Positions 16,396 to 25,748 of a stretch of DNA of 40,000 nucleotides are shown here, one piece after another. The notes under the pieces were generated by a model, which worked only from the letters and a program-made list of their open reading frames with translations, ran no database searches and had not been told where the DNA came from. How positions within the stretch are numbered: position 1 is the stretch's first letter; every line of letters starts with the position of its first letter. This stretch comes from Methanoculleus marisnigri JR1 (lineage in GTDB: Archaea; Halobacteriota; Methanomicrobia; Methanomicrobiales; Methanoculleaceae). The stretch is taken from positions 698,695-738,694 of the forward strand of contig NC_009051.1 of NCBI RefSeq assembly GCF_000015825.1, written 5' to 3'. The position numbers were made by a program, and so were the translations under genes.

Positions 16396-17584
16396 GATCC
16401 GCCTTGTCGGAACGGCGCACGTCTCGCGGAAGAGCGTTGAAGAAGTCCGATCCGCCATCGAGGAGTTCCAGCCCGATATCGTCGGCGTCGAGCTCGACCG
16501 GGGCAGGTTCGTATCGCTCAGAGAGGAGGCGGCCGAACCCTCGGTAGGGGAGATCCTGAAAGGCGGGAACTTCGGCCAGCTCCTCGTTCAGTGGGTGCTC
16601 ACCTACATCCAGCAGCGGATCGGCGCAGAAACCGGCGTGAAGCCCGGTGCCGAGATGCTCGCCGCCGTCGAGGAGGCCGAAGCGCACCAGAAGCCCGTGG
16701 CGCTCATCGACCGGGATATCCGGATCACACTTGCCCGGTTCTGGGGCAGGATGGGCATCTGGGAGAAGATCAAACTCATCGGAGCCCTGATCTATTCGCT
16801 CGTGAGTGTCGAGGGGCAGAAGATCGACGTCGACGAGTTCACTGACCAGGACGTCGTGAGCGCTGCCATGGAGGAGTTCAGGAAGTTCTCTCCCCGGGGC
16901 GCCCAGGCCCTGATCGACGAGCGGGACGCCTATCTGGCTCACCAGATCCTGATGCTCGGGGGCCGGTACGAGCGGGTGCTCGCCGTCGTCGGTGCCGGGC
17001 ATATCCGGGGGGTGCAGCGATACCTGGACGCACCGGAGACGCTGCCGCCGCTCCCGGCCCTGACCGCCGGGGTGAAGACTCTCCCGTGGGCGAAGATCAT
17101 CGGGGTGGGCGTCACCATTCTCTTCCTCCTCCTGATCGCCGCGATAGCCTTCTCGGGCGTTGGGATAGATGTCCTACTGACGGCTCTCCTCTACTGGGTT
17201 CTGATCAACGGTGTCCTGAGCGCCGCGTTCACCCTGGTTGCCGGCGGGCATCCTCTCTCGGCCGTCACGGCGTTTGCGGTTTCCTGGCTGACATCGCTCA
17301 ATCCCCTGCTTGCGGCGGGCTGGTTTGCCGCCATCGTCGAGGCGAAGATCCGGAAGCCCGCCGTCGGTGAGTTCCGGCAGATCATCGAGGCGGAGACTCT
17401 GGCGGAGATGCGGCGGATCCCGCTCTTTCGGGTGGTGCTGGTTGCAGCCCTCGCGAGCGTCGGGAGTACGCTCGGGACGGTCCTCTACTTCCTCTTCATA
17501 TTTCCGATCCTCGGGATCGACCCGACCGTGGTCATCGCCGACGGCTTCTCGAACATGGTGGAGATGATACGGGGACTCTTCTAG
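16388..17584 (+). CDS. TraB/GumN-family protein with C-terminal membrane domain
   Basis: 398 aa. N-terminal GTAHVS motif (IRLVGTAHVSRKSVEEV) and later VVGAGH. C-terminal third has several TM helices. Confidence 0.8.
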   Translation: MTEIRLVGTAHVSRKSVEEVRSAIEEFQPDIVGVELDRGRFVSLREEAAEPSVGEILKGGNFGQLLVQWVLTYIQQRIGAETGVKPGAEMLAAVEEAEAHQKPVALIDRDIRITLARFWGRMGIWEKIKLIGALIYSLVSVEGQKIDVDEFTDQDVVSAAMEEFRKFSPRGAQALIDERDAYLAHQILMLGGRYERVLAVVGAGHIRGVQRYLDAPETLPPLPALTAGVKTLPWAKIIGVGVTILFLLLIAAIAFSGVGIDVLLTALLYWVLINGVLSAAFTLVAGGHPLSAVTAFAVSWLTSLNPLLAAGWFAAIVEAKIRKPAVGEFRQIIEAETLAEMRRIPLFRVVLVAALASVGSTLGTVLYFLFIFPILGIDPTVVIADGFSNMVEMIRGLF

Positions 17585-17660
17585 GACGGCCTTTCTACCG
17601 GAGCCCTTCCTTTCTCCATTTCCCCAAGGTATTTAGGCCAGGAGTGCCCACCATCGTTGC

Positions 17661-18191
17661 ATGAGTCCGATTGGTGGAACGGTTAATCTCGGTGTCACCG
17701 TGATACGGAGCAGGCACAGCGTGCGGAAGTACAAGGACAACCCCATCGAGGATAAGATCGTAAAAGACGCCCTCGACTGCGCACGGCTTGCCCCGACCGC
17801 GCGAAACGAGCAGCCCTGGCTTTTCGGGACGATCCAGAACCGTGATACGCTGCGGGCGATTGCCGATCTCGCCGAGAACGCCAGGTTCATCGCCGATGCG
17901 CCGATCTGTTTTGCCGTCTTCGGGAAGAAGGATGCAAAGTACTATCTCGAAGACTGCTGTGCGGCGACGATGCAGCTCCTCCTCGCGCTCCAGGCATGGG
18001 GCCTCGGAACCTGCTGGGTTGCGGGAGAGAAGAAGGATTACGCCGAGGATGTCCGGAAACTTCTCAACGTCCCGGAGGATTACACGCTCGTCTCGCTCGT
18101 GCCCGCGGGATACCCCGAGGAAATCCAGATCAAGGAGAAAAAGGTCCTCGACGAGGTCACGTTCTTCGAGCGTTACGGGGAAGAAGAATAA
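17661..18191 (+). CDS. nitroreductase-family flavoprotein
   Basis: 176 aa. RHSVRKY FMN-binding start, APTARNEQPW, and a conserved C-terminal beta-strand region. Confidence 0.85.
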   Translation: MSPIGGTVNLGVTVIRSRHSVRKYKDNPIEDKIVKDALDCARLAPTARNEQPWLFGTIQNRDTLRAIADLAENARFIADAPICFAVFGKKDAKYYLEDCCAATMQLLLALQAWGLGTCWVAGEKKDYAEDVRKLLNVPEDYTLVSLVPAGYPEEIQIKEKKVLDEVTFFERYGEEE

Positions 18192-18202
18192 AACCGTATA
18201 TC

Positions 18203-18219
18203 AAAAATCCCTCTTTTTT
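18203..18219. terminator. bidirectional oligo-T/oligo-A tracts between convergent genes
   Basis: T6 (18214-18219) lies 23 nt after the nitroreductase stop. A5 (18203-18207), which is T5 on the minus strand, lies about 25 nt after the stop of 18232-18780. Confidence 0.35.
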
Positions 18220-18231
18220 GCTGCGCCTTCT

Positions 18232-18780
18232 TCATCCGTCGCTCTGCTTTGCCGGGCAGTAGGGGCAGAGGGCGTTCTCGACGTCGTCGGCCTTCTCCCT
18301 GACCGGACAGAGGTACTCCCCGTTCCTGACCTCGACCTCGAACCCGCCGGGAAACGGCGTGCCCACGGGGTGAGCGGGGCGGTCGAGGACGAAGATGTTG
18401 AAGGCGGCAAGGAGGAAGTAGAGGAGTTCGAGGTGCCGCTCCCCTTCGTCCTCGCGAAGGCACGTTTTCTCGACCATATCGCAGAAGTCCTGGAACTCGC
18501 CCGGGAGCAGCCTCTCCCCGTCTCCCGGATCTCCGCGGCGGCCAGCGACGATGAGGGTGTGGTGCGTCTCGAAGATCTGCTCCATCACGCTCGGGTAGAG
18601 GCGTCGCCGGTATCCGGCGGGGACGGACCGGAGGTCGCGCTCCACCCTCCCCCGCATCTCCTGGAGGTCGAAGAGCGAGTAGCCTGATACCGCATGGTAG
18701 AGGATCTTCGCGAGTTCCCTTTGGGTCTTCGCCGACCGCAGGCGGGCGCAGACCCGCCGGACATCGCCCTTCGTGCTCAT
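18232..18780 (-). CDS. conserved archaeal hypothetical protein (possibly UPF0305/DUF2115-like; unverified)
   Basis: 182-aa ORF with normal composition. C-terminal Cys pair region (CPVREKADDVENALCPYCP). The family name is only a recollection. Confidence 0.55.
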   Translation of the reverse strand: MSTKGDVRRVCARLRSAKTQRELAKILYHAVSGYSLFDLQEMRGRVERDLRSVPAGYRRRLYPSVMEQIFETHHTLIVAGRRGDPGDGERLLPGEFQDFCDMVEKTCLREDEGERHLELLYFLLAAFNIFVLDRPAHPVGTPFPGGFEVEVRNGEYLCPVREKADDVENALCPYCPAKQSDG

Positions 18781-18846
18781 CGCATCACGCAGATATGATC
18801 TGTACCTCCGGATGCATCAGTCCTTCCGTTACGTGCGCAAATAGAA

Positions 18847-18879
18847 AAATTTATAATTGTAAGAAGGAAACTTCCTTCC
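18847..18879 (+). promoter_or_regulatory. amt-glnK promoter: TATA box plus GGAA-N6-TTCC palindrome (NrpR-type nitrogen operator)
   Basis: aaatttataatt at 18847-18858. GGAAacttccTTCC at 18866-18879, overlapping the expected transcription start about 25 nt downstream of the TATA. ATG of amt at 18925. Confidence 0.5.
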
Positions 18880-18924
18880 GATGAATGACAAGAACACTTT
18901 GTGGTTGAGCCGGGAGGCCGGGGC

Positions 18925-20118
18925 ATGATAGACTCCGGCGCTACGGCGTTTATCCTTGTCTGTACGGCACTGGTCATGCTGATGACCCCGGGAGTGGGGC
19001 TCTTCTATGGCGGGCTCGTGCGGCGGAAGAACTTCATCTCCATGCTTGCGCTGGCGTTCATCGCATTTGCCCTCGTCAGCATCCAGTGGGTCGTCTGCGG
19101 CTACAGCCTCTCCTTCGGCGCCGATATCAACGGGCTGATCGGGAGCCTGGAGTACGCCTTCCTGCAGGGTGTCGGGATGGACGGCGACGGCATCCCGGAT
19201 CTGCTCTTCATGGCCTTCCAGATGGTCTTTGCGGGCCTCACGCTTGCAATCGTGACGTCCGGGGTTGCGGAGCGGATAAAGATCAGTTCCTTCGTCGTCT
19301 TCGGTCTGCTCTGGACGACGCTGGTCTACGACCCGCTTGCCCACTGGGCGTGGGGCGGCGGATGGGCTGCGCAGCTTGGTGCGCTCGACTTCGCCGGCGG
19401 CACGGTCGTTCACATCAGTTCCGGGTTCTCTGCGCTGGCGCTCGCGCTCGTCATCGGGAAGCGCCTCGGGTTCGGCGGCCACGGCATGGAGCCGAACAAC
19501 ATCCCGATGGTTCTCCTCGGCGGGGCGCTCCTCTGGTTCGGGTGGTTCGGGTTCAACGCCGGGAGCGCTCTCGCCGCGGACGGCCTTGCGGCAAACGCGT
19601 TCGTCGTGACGAACATCGCCGCCGCTTCCGGGGCTCTCGCCTGGCTCTGTGCCGCCTGGGTTCGCGGCAGACCCGGATCGGTCGGGATCATCAGCGGGGC
19701 GATTGCCGGGCTCGTCGCCATCACGCCGGCGGCCGGATTCGTCACGCCCATGGCCGCGATTCCCATCGGCGCCGCTGCCGGTCTCGTCTGTTACGGCGCC
19801 CTGCTCTTCCGGGTTCGTCAGGGGCTCGACGAGAGCCTCGACGCGTGGGCGATCCACGGCATGGGCGGGATCTTCGGCGCCCTTGCAACCGGAGTCTTTG
19901 CGGTCGCGGCAATCGGCGGCGTGGACGGTCTGCTGTATGGAAATCCGGGCCAGTTCCTCATCCAGATGCTGGATGTGGCCGTCGTCGTGGCCTACTCGTT
20001 CGGCGTGACCTACGTCATCGCAAAGGTTGTCGATGTAGCGATGGGCCTGCGGGTCACCGAGGAGGAAGAGTATGTCGGCCTGGACATCGCCCAGCACGGC
20101 GAGTCCGTGCGGGTTTGA
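18925..20118 (+). CDS. amt: ammonium transporter
   Basis: ORF trimmed to ATG 18925 ([23 protein letters not shown]...). Amt signature [17 protein letters not shown]. About 11 TM helices. Confidence 0.95.
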   Translation: MIDSGATAFILVCTALVMLMTPGVGLFYGGLVRRKNFISMLALAFIAFALVSIQWVVCGYSLSFGADINGLIGSLEYAFLQGVGMDGDGIPDLLFMAFQMVFAGLTLAIVTSGVAERIKISSFVVFGLLWTTLVYDPLAHWAWGGGWAAQLGALDFAGGTVVHISSGFSALALALVIGKRLGFGGHGMEPNNIPMVLLGGALLWFGWFGFNAGSALAADGLAANAFVVTNIAAASGALAWLCAAWVRGRPGSVGIISGAIAGLVAITPAAGFVTPMAAIPIGAAAGLVCYGALLFRVRQGLDESLDAWAIHGMGGIFGALATGVFAVAAIGGVDGLLYGNPGQFLIQMLDVAVVVAYSFGVTYVIAKVVDVAMGLRVTEEEEYVGLDIAQHGESVRV

Positions 20119-20128
20119 GGTGGTGCGG

Positions 20129-20467
20129 ATGAAGATGGTTACCGCAGTCGTCAGGCCCGAGATGTTCGATGCCGTGAGGGCGGCGCTCGAGGCCGACGGC
20201 ATCTATGGGATGACCGTGAGCGAGGTGATGGGGCGGGGGGCGCAGAAGGGTATCGCCCTCCGGTTCAGGGGGAAGACGATGCCGGTCGAACTCATCCCGA
20301 AAGTGAAGATCGATATGGTCGTAAGAGACGCCGATGTCGAGCGGATCGTCGGGATCGTCCGGGCAAACGGCCGGACCGGCAGGCCGGGCGACGGCAGGAT
20401 CTTTGTCCTGCCGGTCGAGAGCATCTGCCGGGTTCGGACGGATCAGGAGGATCCGGAAGAAGTGTAA
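20129..20467 (+). CDS. glnK: P-II nitrogen regulatory protein GlnK
   Basis: ORF trimmed to ATG 20129 (MKMVTAVVRPEMFDAV...). 112 aa. T-loop region GRGAQKG and C-terminal TGRPGDGRIFV. Immediately downstream of amt. Confidence 0.93.
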   Translation: MKMVTAVVRPEMFDAVRAALEADGIYGMTVSEVMGRGAQKGIALRFRGKTMPVELIPKVKIDMVVRDADVERIVGIVRANGRTGRPGDGRIFVLPVESICRVRTDQEDPEEV

Positions 20468-20468
20468 C

Positions 20469-20476
20469 TTTTTTTT
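20469..20476 (+). terminator. oligo-T terminator after glnK
   Basis: T8 run starting 2 nt after the TAA stop (20465-20467). Confidence 0.5.
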
Positions 20477-20499
20477 GGGCTGGTTCGGGGGGGCTTTGC

Positions 20500-20950
20500 T
20501 CTGGGGTGGTTAGTGGATAGGATTTTTGGGCTTGGGACATTCAGTTTGCTGCCACTCGCGCTTGCGACACTCTATTCCTACCACTTGTGATCGCACAACT
20601 CTTGCACGGCTTTTCGGTGGGTATCGCCCTTTGGGGAGGGGCTGACGGGGAGTGCGATGGGCGGAACGCCCGGAGCTCGACCACCGTCAGGTGGGGAGGG
20701 GGGCACGCCCCCCTCCCCTGTCTCTTCGCATCAGACAGTGTTCAAATACGTGCTTCGAAGATCTTCGGCCATCTCAAGCCTCGAACACTATCCGTCGGCC
20801 CTTTCATGATAGGAGCGCTCCCCCTATGTGGGCGCCCGCAAATTTCTCATCAACCCCCCACCACCCGCGCTTCGCGCTCCTCCCGCCCCCCCGCAGGGGG
20901 GCGGGCAGTGCGTGGCGATGCTCCCATAGTCCACTGTATCGAATTCTTCT
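20500..20950. repeat. interspersed intergenic repeat, copy R3 (expanded version of the 14.06-14.15 kb element plus hairpin module)
   Basis: Shares both ends with R2 (20631-20652, 20929-20938). Perfect 11-bp G/C hairpin at 20693-20718. CTGACGG...CCGTCAG inverted pair within 20642-20689. CCCCCC-GCA-GGGGGG at 20887-20901. gcttcgaagatcttcggccatctcaag (20752-20778) matches 7567-7593. Confidence 0.8.
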
Positions 20951-21092
20951 TTGGTTGAAGTTGCTAGTTGTCACGACTCCACTGTCTCCGTACTCGCCTC
21001 CCCGGCCCTCACCTTCGCTACAGTGCTCCGGTGCATGGAGGGTGACGGCAGGGCATGGAGTGAATATGAACCGGTGTCTCTACTCCCCTCCC

Positions 21093-22055
21093 CTACTTTC
21101 CAAAATGCGGCAGAACCTCCTTCGCGTAAAACTCCATGAACTCCTGTTGCTGCTGCCCGATCTGGTGGATGCAGACGTGGTCGAACCCCTTCCCGATGCT
21201 CTCCTCAATCTTCTTGATATGCGCCTCCGGGTCTGGGCCGCAGACGACGTGCTCCGCCACGTCTTCCGGCGTCACCATCTTCGCCGCCTGCTCGTAGTGA
21301 ACCGGCGTGGGGAGGAGCCGATTGAGTTCTCCCGTGTTTGCGGGGATCGGCCAATGCTCGTATGCGGTTCTGCGCCCGACCTCCTCGGTCCGGGCCCAGC
21401 AGACCGAGTTCTCGATGTATGCCGGTTTATTCCCGCCCCCGGAGTCCCGGAAGATGATGAGGTTCTCCTCGGCGTTGCTGCCCGGGTTGATGAACCCGTC
21501 GCCGACCCGCGCGGCCATGGACGCGCTGATCGGGCCTTCCGACGCAATGTAGATCGGGGGGAGTTCATCCGGGAGCGAGAAGACCTGCGCGTTCTCGAGC
21601 GTGTAGAAAGCGCCGTAATAGTTCTTCATCCCGCCCTTCCAGAGCAGCCGTATCACCTCCACCGCCTCCTCGAGCATCTCGATCCTGACCGGCGCCGGGG
21701 GCCAGCGGTCGCCGAAGACGTGCTCGTTGAGGTTCTCTCCCGACCCGAGGCCGAGGGCAAACCGTCCGGGCATCATCATGGCGGTGGTTGCAGCGGCCTG
21801 GGCGATGATCCCGGGGTGAATCCGTATTGTCGGGCAGGTAACCCCCGTCACCAGCGGGAGAGTCGCCGTCACCTGCGAGATGCCGCCGATGACGCCCCAG
21901 ACGAATGGGCTCTGCCCCTGTCGGTTCGTCCAGGGGTGGTAATGATCCGATATCATGGCAAACGCAAACCCGGCATCCTCCGCCTGGCGGGCGTTGCAGA
22001 CGAGTTCCGGGGGAGCGTGCTCCTCACAAGCCAGTTTATAACCGATCTCGACCAT
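21093..22055 (-). CDS. F420-dependent LLM-class oxidoreductase (luciferase-like monooxygenase family, G6PD-related subgroup)
   Basis: 320 aa. Motif-level resemblance to the TIM-barrel LLM family (ISDHYHPW...GLGSGENLNEH...). Methanogen context. Confidence 0.78.
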   Translation of the reverse strand: MVEIGYKLACEEHAPPELVCNARQAEDAGFAFAMISDHYHPWTNRQGQSPFVWGVIGGISQVTATLPLVTGVTCPTIRIHPGIIAQAAATTAMMMPGRFALGLGSGENLNEHVFGDRWPPAPVRIEMLEEAVEVIRLLWKGGMKNYYGAFYTLENAQVFSLPDELPPIYIASEGPISASMAARVGDGFINPGSNAEENLIIFRDSGGGNKPAYIENSVCWARTEEVGRRTAYEHWPIPANTGELNRLLPTPVHYEQAAKMVTPEDVAEHVVCGPDPEAHIKKIEESIGKGFDHVCIHQIGQQQQEFMEFYAKEVLPHFGK

Positions 22056-22157
22056 CCGTCATCACATCCGTGCCGCCGCCCACCTCCGGCATCTCATGGG
22101 ATATAGGTTTCCCCGGCCCGGCACCTGATAAATAGAACTCTCGCCATACTGTACTGC

Positions 22158-23447
22158 ATGGCAACACCCACTCTCCAGGTGGCGCTCGATCTCCTCGAGC
22201 TCGATCGTGCGGTTGAGATCGCAGATGAGGCGGTCCGCGGCGGTGCGGACTGGATTGAGGTCGGGACACCCCTGATCAAGAGCGAGGGGATGCAGGCCGT
22301 GCGGACGCTCCGGGAACGCTTCCCTGGCCACGAGATCGTCGCGGACATGAAGATCGCCGATACCGGGGCGGTCGAGGTTGAGATGGCGGCGAAATCCGGC
22401 GCCGGTGTCGTCTGCATCCTCGCGGACGCCGATGATGCCGTGATCGTCGAGGCGGTGCGCTCCGCCCGCAAGTACGGCGTCCGGCTCATGGCCGACCTCA
22501 TCAACGTCGCCGATCCCGTCTCCCGGTCACGGGAACTTGCCGCGCTCGGCGTCGACTACATCAACGCCCATGTCGGCATCGACCAGCAGATGATCGGCAG
22601 GTCGTCGCTCGACCTCCTCCGCCGTCTTGCCGGAGAGGTTGGCGTCCCGATCGCCGTTGCGGGGGGACTCGATGCGGAGACCGCATCCGAGGCGGTCGCC
22701 GCCGGTGCCTCGGTTGTCATCGTGGGAGGGAACATCGTCAAGGCCGCCGACGTGACCGGGGCGGCGCGGCGGGTCCGGGAGGCCATCGACCGGCCCGAGA
22801 TCCGGCCGCGGGAGGAGGAGAGCCGGGATGCCGCGATCCGCCGCCTCTTCGAAGCGGTCTCCGCACCGAACGTCACCGACGCCATGCACCGGAAGGGCTC
22901 AATGGCGGGTGTCGTCTCCATCTGCGGCAGGGTCAAGGCGGTCGGCCCGGCGGTGACCGTCCGGACCCTCGCCGGGGACTGGGCAAAACCCGTCGAGGCG
23001 ATCGACGTCGCCGCTCCGGGGGATGTCCTCGTCGTCAGAAACGAAGGGAGGACGGATGTCGCCCCCTGGGGGGAACTCGCCACCCACTCCGCGAAGAACC
23101 GCGGGGTCGCGGGTATCGTGATCGACGGGGCGGTGCGGGACGTGGACGATATCCGGGAGATGAAGTTCCCGGTCTTTGCCACGGCGACCGTCCCGAACGC
23201 CGGAGACCCGAAGGGTCTTGGGGAGATCAACACCGAGATCGTCTGCTGCGGGCAGGAGGTGCGGCCGGGAGACTGGATCGTCGCCGACGAGAGCGGGGTC
23301 GTGGTGGTTCCCCGGGAGCGCGCTTACGAGGTCGCACGCAGAGCAATGGAGGTCAGGAAGAACGAGGAGCGGATCCGCGAGGAGATCCGGCGCGGCCGGA
23401 CGCTCTCGGAGGTCTCCGAACTCCTGAAATGGGAGAAACGACACTGA
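22158..23447 (+). CDS. bifunctional 3-hexulose-6-phosphate synthase (OMPdecase-fold) / RraA-like (HMG/CHA aldolase family) fusion protein
   Basis: 429 aa. N-terminal HPS block LQVALDLL...[12 protein letters not shown]...[10 protein letters not shown]-terminal RraA-like block ([12 protein letters not shown]...[25 protein letters not shown]). Confidence 0.8.
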   Translation: MATPTLQVALDLLELDRAVEIADEAVRGGADWIEVGTPLIKSEGMQAVRTLRERFPGHEIVADMKIADTGAVEVEMAAKSGAGVVCILADADDAVIVEAVRSARKYGVRLMADLINVADPVSRSRELAALGVDYINAHVGIDQQMIGRSSLDLLRRLAGEVGVPIAVAGGLDAETASEAVAAGASVVIVGGNIVKAADVTGAARRVREAIDRPEIRPREEESRDAAIRRLFEAVSAPNVTDAMHRKGSMAGVVSICGRVKAVGPAVTVRTLAGDWAKPVEAIDVAAPGDVLVVRNEGRTDVAPWGELATHSAKNRGVAGIVIDGAVRDVDDIREMKFPVFATATVPNAGDPKGLGEINTEIVCCGQEVRPGDWIVADESGVVVVPRERAYEVARRAMEVRKNEERIREEIRRGRTLSEVSELLKWEKRH

Positions 23448-23521
23448 CCGGCGGGGGGCACCGCTTTTATCTCTTTTTGCGATAGAATACCTGATCACCG
23501 GCATCGGGGAGGAACGGCAGG

Positions 23522-24217
23522 ATGATGCAGGATATCAAGGAGTCGGTCTTTGAGGTTCTCCGGGCAGTCCTTCCCATCATCCTCGTCATCACCATCTTCA
23601 AGATCGCCCTCCTCCGGGTGCCGCCGTCGGATCTCCTCCTCTTCCTGCTCGGTAGCGGCATGGTCGTTCTCGGGATCGCGCTCTTTCTCACCGGTGTCAA
23701 GGCGGGCCTCCTCCCCGTCGGCGAGGCGATTGGGTCTGAACTGCCCGCCCGGGGTTCGCTCCTGCTGGTCGTCGCAGGCTCGTTTCTCTTCGGGTTCCTG
23801 ACGATCATCGCGGAGCCGAACCTCCGTGTCCTCGTAGATATGCTTGATGCCGTTCCGGGAACCGGCATCCCCGCGGTTCCCCTGCTCCTCGCGATCGCGG
23901 TCAGTGTGGGTTTCGTCATCACCGCCGGCGTCCTCCGGATCATCTTCGGGTTTCCTCTCGCGTACCTCTTCGTTGCGGGATACGGTGCAATCCTCCTTCT
24001 TGCGCCGTTCTCGTCGCCCGAGTTTCTCGCCGTGGCGGTCGATGCGGGAGGGATAACCACCGGACTCCTGACGATCCCGATCATCCTGGCGCTCGGCGCC
24101 GGTGTCAGTGCGGTTCTTGCCGGACGTTCGGCTCTCACGGACGGCTTCGGGTTGATCGGGCTCGCCTCGATCGCTCCCATCCTCGGCGTCATGGCGATGG
24201 GGTTGGTCTACCCATGA
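23522..24217 (+). CDS. DUF1538-family integral membrane protein (1 of 2)
   Basis: 231-aa hydrophobic protein. Tandem paralogue follows with an ATGA overlap. Family assignment from recalled resemblance and the typical pair + PII architecture. Confidence 0.7.
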   Translation: MMQDIKESVFEVLRAVLPIILVITIFKIALLRVPPSDLLLFLLGSGMVVLGIALFLTGVKAGLLPVGEAIGSELPARGSLLLVVAGSFLFGFLTIIAEPNLRVLVDMLDAVPGTGIPAVPLLLAIAVSVGFVITAGVLRIIFGFPLAYLFVAGYGAILLLAPFSSPEFLAVAVDAGGITTGLLTIPIILALGAGVSAVLAGRSALTDGFGLIGLASIAPILGVMAMGLVYP

Positions 24218-24945
24218 TCACAGCGGCGGTTCTCGCCGGCATCGACCGGGTTGCCCTCGAGGTTGTCCAGGCGCTCCTCCCCCTGCTCATCTTCTTCGCG
24301 GTCTTCCAGGTGCTCTACCTTAAACTTCCGCGAGTCTACGTCGTGAATCTCGCCAAAGGCGTCCTGCTCGCTTCCATTGGCATGGTTCTTTTTCTTCAGG
24401 GCGTCAATGTCGCGTTCCTCCCGGCGGGCAGGGAGATCGGCGAGGCCGTAGCCGCGTTCGACCAGCGGTGGCTGCTCATCCCGTTCGGGTTCTTCCTCGG
24501 TTTTCTCGCTACCTATGCGGAGCCTGCAGTCAGAGTTCTCGGCTATCAGGTCGAGGAGTCGTCGAGCGGTTACATCGGGGAGTCCCTGATCCTCTACACC
24601 CTCTCCTTCGCGGTCGCCGTCTCCGTAGCGCTCGGGATGGCCCGCCTCGTCTACGGCATCCCGCTGCTGTGGCTCCTTATTCCCGGCTACCTCCTCGTCA
24701 TCATCCTTCTTCTCTTCACTGAAAAGGAGTTTGTCGGGATTGCATTCGACTCGGGGAGTGTCGCCACCGGCCCGATGGCGGTCACCTTCCTCCTTTCCCT
24801 TGCCGTGGGAGTTGCGGCGGGGATCGAGGGCCGAAACCCCGTCGTCGACGGCTTCGGGCTGATTGCGTTAATAGCGCTTGCACCCATCCTCTCGGTGCTG
24901 ATGCTCGGCATCCTCTACCGGAGAACACGAGGTGAAGATACGTGA
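24214..24945 (+). CDS. DUF1538-family integral membrane protein (2 of 2)
   Basis: 243-aa hydrophobic paralogue of the preceding gene (shared blocks ...FLTGVKAGLLPVGEAIG / FLQGVNVAFLPAGREIG...). ATGA and GTGA overlaps on both sides. Confidence 0.7.
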   Translation: MITAAVLAGIDRVALEVVQALLPLLIFFAVFQVLYLKLPRVYVVNLAKGVLLASIGMVLFLQGVNVAFLPAGREIGEAVAAFDQRWLLIPFGFFLGFLATYAEPAVRVLGYQVEESSSGYIGESLILYTLSFAVAVSVALGMARLVYGIPLLWLLIPGYLLVIILLLFTEKEFVGIAFDSGSVATGPMAVTFLLSLAVGVAAGIEGRNPVVDGFGLIALIALAPILSVLMLGILYRRTRGEDT

Positions 24946-25310
24946 CCAACGATTACGGTAACGAACTGATCGTCACGATCGTAAAACGGGGCTGGTCCGA
25001 GCCGGTGCTCGCGGCGGCCCGCGGTGCCGGGGCCGAGGGAGGAACCATTCTCCTCGGCCGCGGAACCGGTATTCATGAGGTAAAGACGCTTCTCGGGATC
25101 GCCATCGAGCCCGAGAAAGAGATCATCCTGACGGTCGTCGCCGCCGACCGGACGGATGCGGTGCTCGATGCGATTGTCGCCGCTGCGGAACTGGATCAGC
25201 CGGGGATGGGCCTTGCATTCGTCCTTCCGATCCGGCGCATCACGGGACAGGTTCACATGTTCCGCAAGGACGAGGCCGAGAGCCCGGGAACGCCCCGGGC
25301 TCCTGTGTGA
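24942..25310 (+). CDS. P-II-like signal-transduction protein
   Basis: 122 aa. GTG start overlapping the upstream TGA. P-II-like beta-alpha-beta pattern (ELIVTIVKRGW...AARGAGAEGGTILLGRGTG...EKEIILTVV...). Confidence 0.68.
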   Translation: MTNDYGNELIVTIVKRGWSEPVLAAARGAGAEGGTILLGRGTGIHEVKTLLGIAIEPEKEIILTVVAADRTDAVLDAIVAAAELDQPGMGLAFVLPIRRITGQVHMFRKDEAESPGTPRAPV

Positions 25311-25316
25311 TCCGGG

Positions 25317-25748
25317 TTACCTGGAGAGGGATGCCTTGAGGAGTTCACCGCCACGGTCAAGGATCTGCCGGACGGCGTCCTCGACCTGGTCCACGCGCAG
25401 GATCAGGATGGCGGCGTCCTTTCCCGAGTAGGCGTAGGCGTACTCGATGTTGATCCCGGCGTCCCCGAGAATCGACGCGATATCCGAGAGACCGCCGGGC
25501 TCGTCGCGCATCTTCACGCCGATGACGTCGGTGAACGAGACGCGGAACCCGAGATCGGTCAGCGTCCGGTGTGCGTCCTCCGGCCGATCGACGAGGGCGC
25601 GAACGACCCCGAACCCGTCCGCCTCGGCGATACTGAACGCAAGGATGTTGATCTTCGCATCCCGCAGCGCGCCGGCGACAGCCGCGAGGCGTCCCGGGCG
25701 ATTCTCCGAAAAGATGGAGATCTGTTTTACGATATACGACTTCTCCAT
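25317..25748 (-). CDS. tandem ACT-domain protein
   Basis: 143 aa. Two ACT repeats (ISIFSENRPGRLAAVAGAL..., VKMRDEPGGLSDIASIL...). Start overlaps the paaK stop (TAATG). Confidence 0.85.
   Translation of the reverse strand: MEKSYIVKQISIFSENRPGRLAAVAGALRDAKINILAFSIAEADGFGVVRALVDRPEDAHRTLTDLGFRVSFTDVIGVKMRDEPGGLSDIASILGDAGINIEYAYAYSGKDAAILILRVDQVEDAVRQILDRGGELLKASLSR

Noticed and set aside
18829-20202. 457-aa minus-strand ORF and 348-aa alternative-frame plus ORF over the amt gene
   Set aside because: Both are shadows. The amt frame carries unambiguous transporter motifs.
20652-22106. 484-aa plus-strand ORF spanning the repeat region and the LLM oxidoreductase gene
   Set aside because: It starts inside the non-coding repeat element and runs antisense to a recognisable F420-type oxidoreductase. 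Its composition is P/R/G-rich.
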